Both the position numbers and the translations under genes were made by a program. From NCBI GenBank assembly GCA_012295275.1, contig CM022670.1, positions 1,116,001-1,180,000 of the forward strand: a stretch of DNA of 64,000 bases. The letters are read 5' to 3'. Below, one piece after another: positions 58,524 through 64,000 of this stretch. How positions within the stretch are numbered: position 1 is the stretch's first letter; the number at the start of each line of letters is the position of its first letter. The notes under the pieces were generated by a model. The model saw nothing but the letters and a program-made list of their open reading frames with translations. It was not told the DNA's origin and ran no database searches. This DNA comes from Chrysomallon squamiferum. Lineage: Eukaryota > Animalia > Mollusca.

Positions 58524-61500
58524 GTAACAAAAATTTCTATCTATCTCTTTATATATAAACATATATATGTGTGTGTGTGTGTGTCTATATATGGATGTAT
58601 GTGTGTGTATTTAAGGTGTATGTAAGATCGTCATTACAGAATAATAATAGTACTGCTATTACTACTACTAGCACTACTACTAATAATAATAATAACGAAA
58701 TGAAGATGACATAGTCGACGTTGACGACGTCTGAGAAGAATCAGAACACGAATAATAAAAGTCATGGTAATTACTGTTGCTGTACAAACACAAACGTGTA
58801 AACAATTATTGTGATAAATTTTATTAAGACACTCTCTGTATGCCACGTCACGGGTAACAGAATTATTGGCTCTGGCAGCAGAAAGGAGCCGATTTGTCAA
58901 GACTTTTGTGGGAATAATCAATTGTGTCAGCAATGATCGAAAAATCTAATTCTTCAACGCAGAAGACTCTTCGGAAACCACTCGAAACGAAGTCCAAAAA
59001 AAACCCCTATTTTTTGTAGAATATTTTCAGATATCGTTTTGTACGTCATGATGCGCAACCAGTGTTTTGGGTTTTTTTTCCGATTCTTATATTTGATGAT
59101 GTAAGTTAATTTCACGAAACACGTGGACCAGCTTAGTATTTGGTGTCGTGTGTGTGTGTGCGTATGCGTATGCGTGTGCGTGTGCGTACGTGTTATGTTG
59201 AAGAACATTGAAAACTCAGTGTTACATTTCATTAAGTAATATTTGTTAGAATTATACTTGAAATACTTTAAATCATTGTGCGTGACAAGTTCAACGCTAT
59301 GGTGTCTTTTTTTGTGTATTTTTTATATATTTTTTTTTTTTTTTTATATAGTTTTCGTTGTTTTCATTTAATTCTTTGTTGTGTTATTTTTATATGTGTT
59401 AAATATTTTATTTTTAGCTAAACTGCTTCAATATGCATTCAGTGTAAAATTGTATCTCTACTTTGTCACATCAAATTCTTAAAGTATAGCAAACTTCGGT
59501 ACATTGTCAGGCCATTACGCCATACATTTTGGGAGACTAATCTTTGTTAATAATTAAGGATGGTAATAAGACGTCAGCAGGGAAATGTACACCTAGCTCA
59601 CTTTGATGTGATAAAAGTAATCTTAATATGAGAACTTCAAATTGTGTTTTATTTCTAACGCATAACCTTTCGTTTTGGACTTTCTTTTACACGCGATATT
59701 GCTTATAATAATTCATCTCTTTGACATGTTGTTGAGATACAGTAAATATATATTGTTTTAAATCATCAAGATTGTTAATACTAGAGATTTAGAACAAAAT
59801 TTGATTTACGAATCGATTTAAAACATATTAAAGTAAAACACGTAGTTATACAAAGATACGCGGAAAGAGAGGCAAATTATTGGGTTTTCTCAAACTAAAA
59901 TTGTTTTAAAAATATACAGATATTTAAATTTACATATAGTAAAACTACAAATCATCTTTTATTAAATATCTTTATATGACCTTCATACAGATTCAAACAG
60001 TAAACGATTTAAACTCCATGCTTCCAAGACTGACATCTAAAATAATTATGAAATTACTGAAGTGAATTTCACAGCAATATTTTTTGCCAGGTCTTTGGCC
60101 ATATTCATTAAGTCCTAGGCATTAACTGAAAAAAATCATTACTATTGTATATTACATTCAGATTTCTTTTGTATTTCGATTTGAAGGGGTCACGTTTAAT
60201 TCCTTGCTTTGATTAGCTGAGATAATTTTCTGTCCAACTCGCCACTGTGCGGAGAATTCTTTAGTTGCTTTAATAGGAAACTACACAGCGAAAATAAACA
60301 AAAATGACGTGGTGCAGAGCTAATTTTAGAAAAAGTGGAATTGAGTTGATATCCAGAAATGACAAAGTGCACCTCACCCTTCCTATACCTGACGACAAAT
60401 AAATAAAGAAAGAAATAAAGAAGAAGAAGAATGAATGACAGGAAGGACAAAAAAAACCTAATTATAATACTGATGAATATGACAATGATGACAATGATAA
60501 AAAGAAGTGAGGTAAAACAAGTTTAAACTTTGTACAGCCGATACAAAACTTAGCGTTAACTGTGTAATTCTGTAAACACTTATTTGCCGAGCTAGTTATA
60601 AATGTAGTGACTCTTGTAATTTCTTTTCCCTGCTTGTTTATAAACTTTAATGAGCTAAAAATTACCGTAATTGCTTTATTATAATTATTCTTCATATCTC
60701 TCCACTCACATAATTCTGTTTTTGTTTCCTCATACAGAATGTGTATGAGTGTCTAGGTAAAACAGTGTCTGTGTTTTGAATCGCTGTCACCGCAAGTCAC
60801 GTCTCAGTTCCAGTAATGGCGGGTTATGAGCACGCGCGAAATTGACTTCCGCCGGTTGACAGATTAACTTTAATATTTTCATCAGGAAGAAAATGAGATG
60901 TGTCAAAGACAAGAGAAGTGATAATTGGCAAAAACCATTACTTAGCGGAATGATCAGTGCTTGATGCAATCCAGACCAAATCACATTTGGTGATGGTCAG
61001 TTTGTAGCCAAACTCTTGACATGTTCATGGCCAGTCTAAGGTCTATGTCTTATTTAATATTCATGTTTTGTCTTTGGTAAATAAACGACGGACATCGGAC
61101 ACAATAAGTGGAAAAGCCCAGACACGGAAGAACAATTTTTAAAGTGTTTAACCTGGATACCTAAGAGTTAGTCATCAGTTTATTGTTACGTACATTTATA
61201 ATATTTCAATACAATTTAGTAGTAAACAGTTTTTCAAGTAGGCACCGAATCTCCAGTATTGTGTATTTATGTACGTATAGTGTGTATATGTGTATGTATT
61301 TGTACTATGTATGTATCTGTCTGTATAAGTGTGTGTATGTATATACTGAAAGTATGTATACTGGTAACGGCAGCTGAAAAATGAAACAACATTAGGTTTT
61401 AATGTTGTAATATATTTATTCAAATTGTCTTTATATTTATTTGGATGTCTAAAATATGCTGCTGTACGGTAATATGAAATCTGAATTCCCATTTTTTCTG

Positions 61501-63194
61501 ATTCTAATTAAGTATGAAAGATCAATATATATGTACTCCTATTCACGGAGATTAATTATCATCCTTATAAAAGGTGATTACAAGGAAAGGGTAGTGTGAT
61601 GTAATTCCAGAGTTAGTGAGTACAAACTACACAGATGTCACATTTACTTGTGTGTATCAGCGCTCAGAAATCTTTGATGTTACAACCACAATTATATTGA
61701 TTATATATTCATTTTCCTTGTTTTCTGTACGTTCGATTCTCGATTTCTTAGGGTTTTTTTTAAAAGAAAAAAGTCTGAAATTTAGAGTAAACATTATTGT
61801 TTTCCATGTTTATCTCTTCACTGCAATACAAACTTGGGCTAGGATCAAACGAGAAGGTTACAGTGTTCTAACCCGCTTCGTTTCGCGATTTTGTTAAATC
61901 ATTTAATGCAGCTAATATTTAATATTTGTAAGCAAGAAGCAAATTTCTGTTTATTTTCGTAAGGGTAACAGTTTATATTTGTGTTCAACAAAAGATTATA
62001 CAAAGCCTACTACTTTACGTCACAGTTATAATATACTTTTACGTAATCACTGGCAGCACCAGATATAAAACGTTTTGGATTCGCGCCTGAAATCAGTTAT
62101 CACTGAAGATGAAGATTTCTTCAGTCCAACTGTTTGACAAATCACTGAATCTCTCGTTTTCTCTCCAATTTCTTACGTAATGCACCTTTTGCACTTATTC
62201 ATTATTTTGCATTCATAAGATGAAATCTGCGGAACTGGACGTTGTTCGATCAATTCTCGTCAACGCACATACGGAAACGTCTTTCAAATTTCAGCGGATT
62301 TCAGTGATAAAAATCATTATAACGAGCTGAATTAACTGTTGAGTTTAAATGAAACTTTTCTTAATTTTGTTTTTATACAGAATGAATTTAGAAAAGAAAA
62401 AGAATAATGAAAAAAAAATATTTAAAATTAATAAATAAAATAAATAAATAAATAAGCAAATGAACAATTACAAACTTCACTTGTGTTAACAGAAGCAAAT
62501 ATTACTCCTAACAACACAAACTGTAGCACCAGCTAAAACAACAACATAAAAAAAACCTCCTATCGTCAGTATGTTCTTCATAAAAGTAAAAATAGCATGA
62601 TTTATTGGAGTGCGTGTATTTCTCATTGGAAACGGTTTGGGAGTGTACGAGAAAAATACTTCACAGTCTCAAACATTTTCAAGCAACCCTTTGATCAGAA
62701 ACGTACGTCAGATTTTTTCTTTCATCTGGAAACAACCATGCTTGTTTTCCCGTCGTTAACTAAGTCGTCCGCGGGCCAAACGAAGAGGCTGACATTTCAC
62801 ATTCAAAGTCAAAACTCGCGCTTCGGTCTAAGACAATGGCGTCAGAACATCCTCCATGACAACAAGGGAGGTAATTACGAACTACTCTCCTCTTTCCTTT
62901 CGGCGTAACTGGAGGGCAGATGTTTTCTTTTTTCTTTGACGAGAATTTTTCTAAGTGTTTGTTGTTTATCTGATGTGTAACTGCATCGGAATGTAATTAT
63001 TTTTAATTTTCATTTATAATTCTGTTTATTACGATCGGATCATGCCCAGGGAAATGATATTTTTGCGTTTAAGTTGGCGTATATAGAAAGAACTGCGCAC
63101 TGTCACGAATGAATGATTAACGATATTATAACAAAAAGAAAATAATAATAAATAAATGATTATTAGGGTTAAATTATACGTTTGTTATATAATT

Positions 63195-63330
63195 AGAGAA
63201 GAAACCCGCTTCTGCCTATCAATTAGCAGCAAAAAACGCTTTACACGGACTTTCCGATAGAAAGAAAACGAATATACAACAGCTTTTGATACAGGAACGT
63301 TTCAATCGAACAGCAGTGTGCTCCATGTTT
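63195..63330. mobile_element. Degenerate copy of the same interspersed repeat family
   Basis: agaagaaacccgcttctgcctatcaattagcagcaaaaaacgctttac resembles 11283-11343. Confidence 0.4.
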
Positions 63331-63489
63331 ATAATGACCGATTTACACTCAGTAACTCTTCATATTAAATGTTTTTATAATACAACCAAAACTACATCCA
63401 GTTTCGTTCTTTTAATGAAACCCTCAAATAACAAAACCCTATCTGAAATGTGATCCACTCCTGATTTTAACACTGAATATCTTCACAGA

Positions 63490-63524
<35 letters not shown>

Positions 63525-64000
63525 GTCAGGCAACAACAAAAACTTTAAAGTAGAGAACGAAAAAAGAAACATAAAAAATCGTTAGAAATTAAATATTTTA
63601 GATCTTAGAGTCTTAAAAGTCACTGAACAAATGAAAACTGATAACATCATATATGTAGTGTAAAATTATGCTAATGTTTGAAACAAAAAAGATGTATATA
63701 AAAAAAAAAACCTAACTGATTTACATTATTCCATAAAAGTCTCCCTAGATCCAGATCACTAATTTTTAGACTGTATCTTCCTGATACAAGGTATTCAGAT
63801 ATTCGCCACGATTCGTCAGTCTCTCTCTCTCTCTCTCTCTCTCTCCTACCTGTGACTGAACTTCATTTAAAAGATTGCATACTGATGCCTAAAATTAAGA
63901 ATTCTCATTAAAAAGCAAACTGATTATCTCTCAGGTTTTTACGCAAGACTTACATTTACACTTTAGCAAGAAATCAAAAATAAGATTATTCCAGTTGACT

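Overview
AT-rich, microsatellite-dense animal genomic DNA, probably a protostome and most plausibly a mollusc (inference from receptor type and repeat content). One protein-coding gene is supported: a complete class A (rhodopsin-like) GPCR of the cholecystokinin/sulfakinin receptor family on the minus strand. It has three coding exons (27281-26840, 6429-6058, 2023-1449; 442+372+575 = 1389 nt, 462 aa), joined by two phase-1 GT-AG introns of 20.4 kb and 4.0 kb. A candidate CCAAT/GC-box promoter lies about 0.6-0.7 kb upstream of the ATG. The remaining ~36 kb upstream has no recognisable gene; it holds microsatellites, minisatellites, degenerate interspersed repeats, a pair of inverted repeats 9 kb apart, hairpins and enhancer-like islands. 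I found no convincing evidence of a novel multi-gene system. The best leads are a duplicated frameshifting splice acceptor before exon 2, the receptor's ligand-pocket residues, an excess of perfect CRE palindromes, and several inverted-repeat structures.
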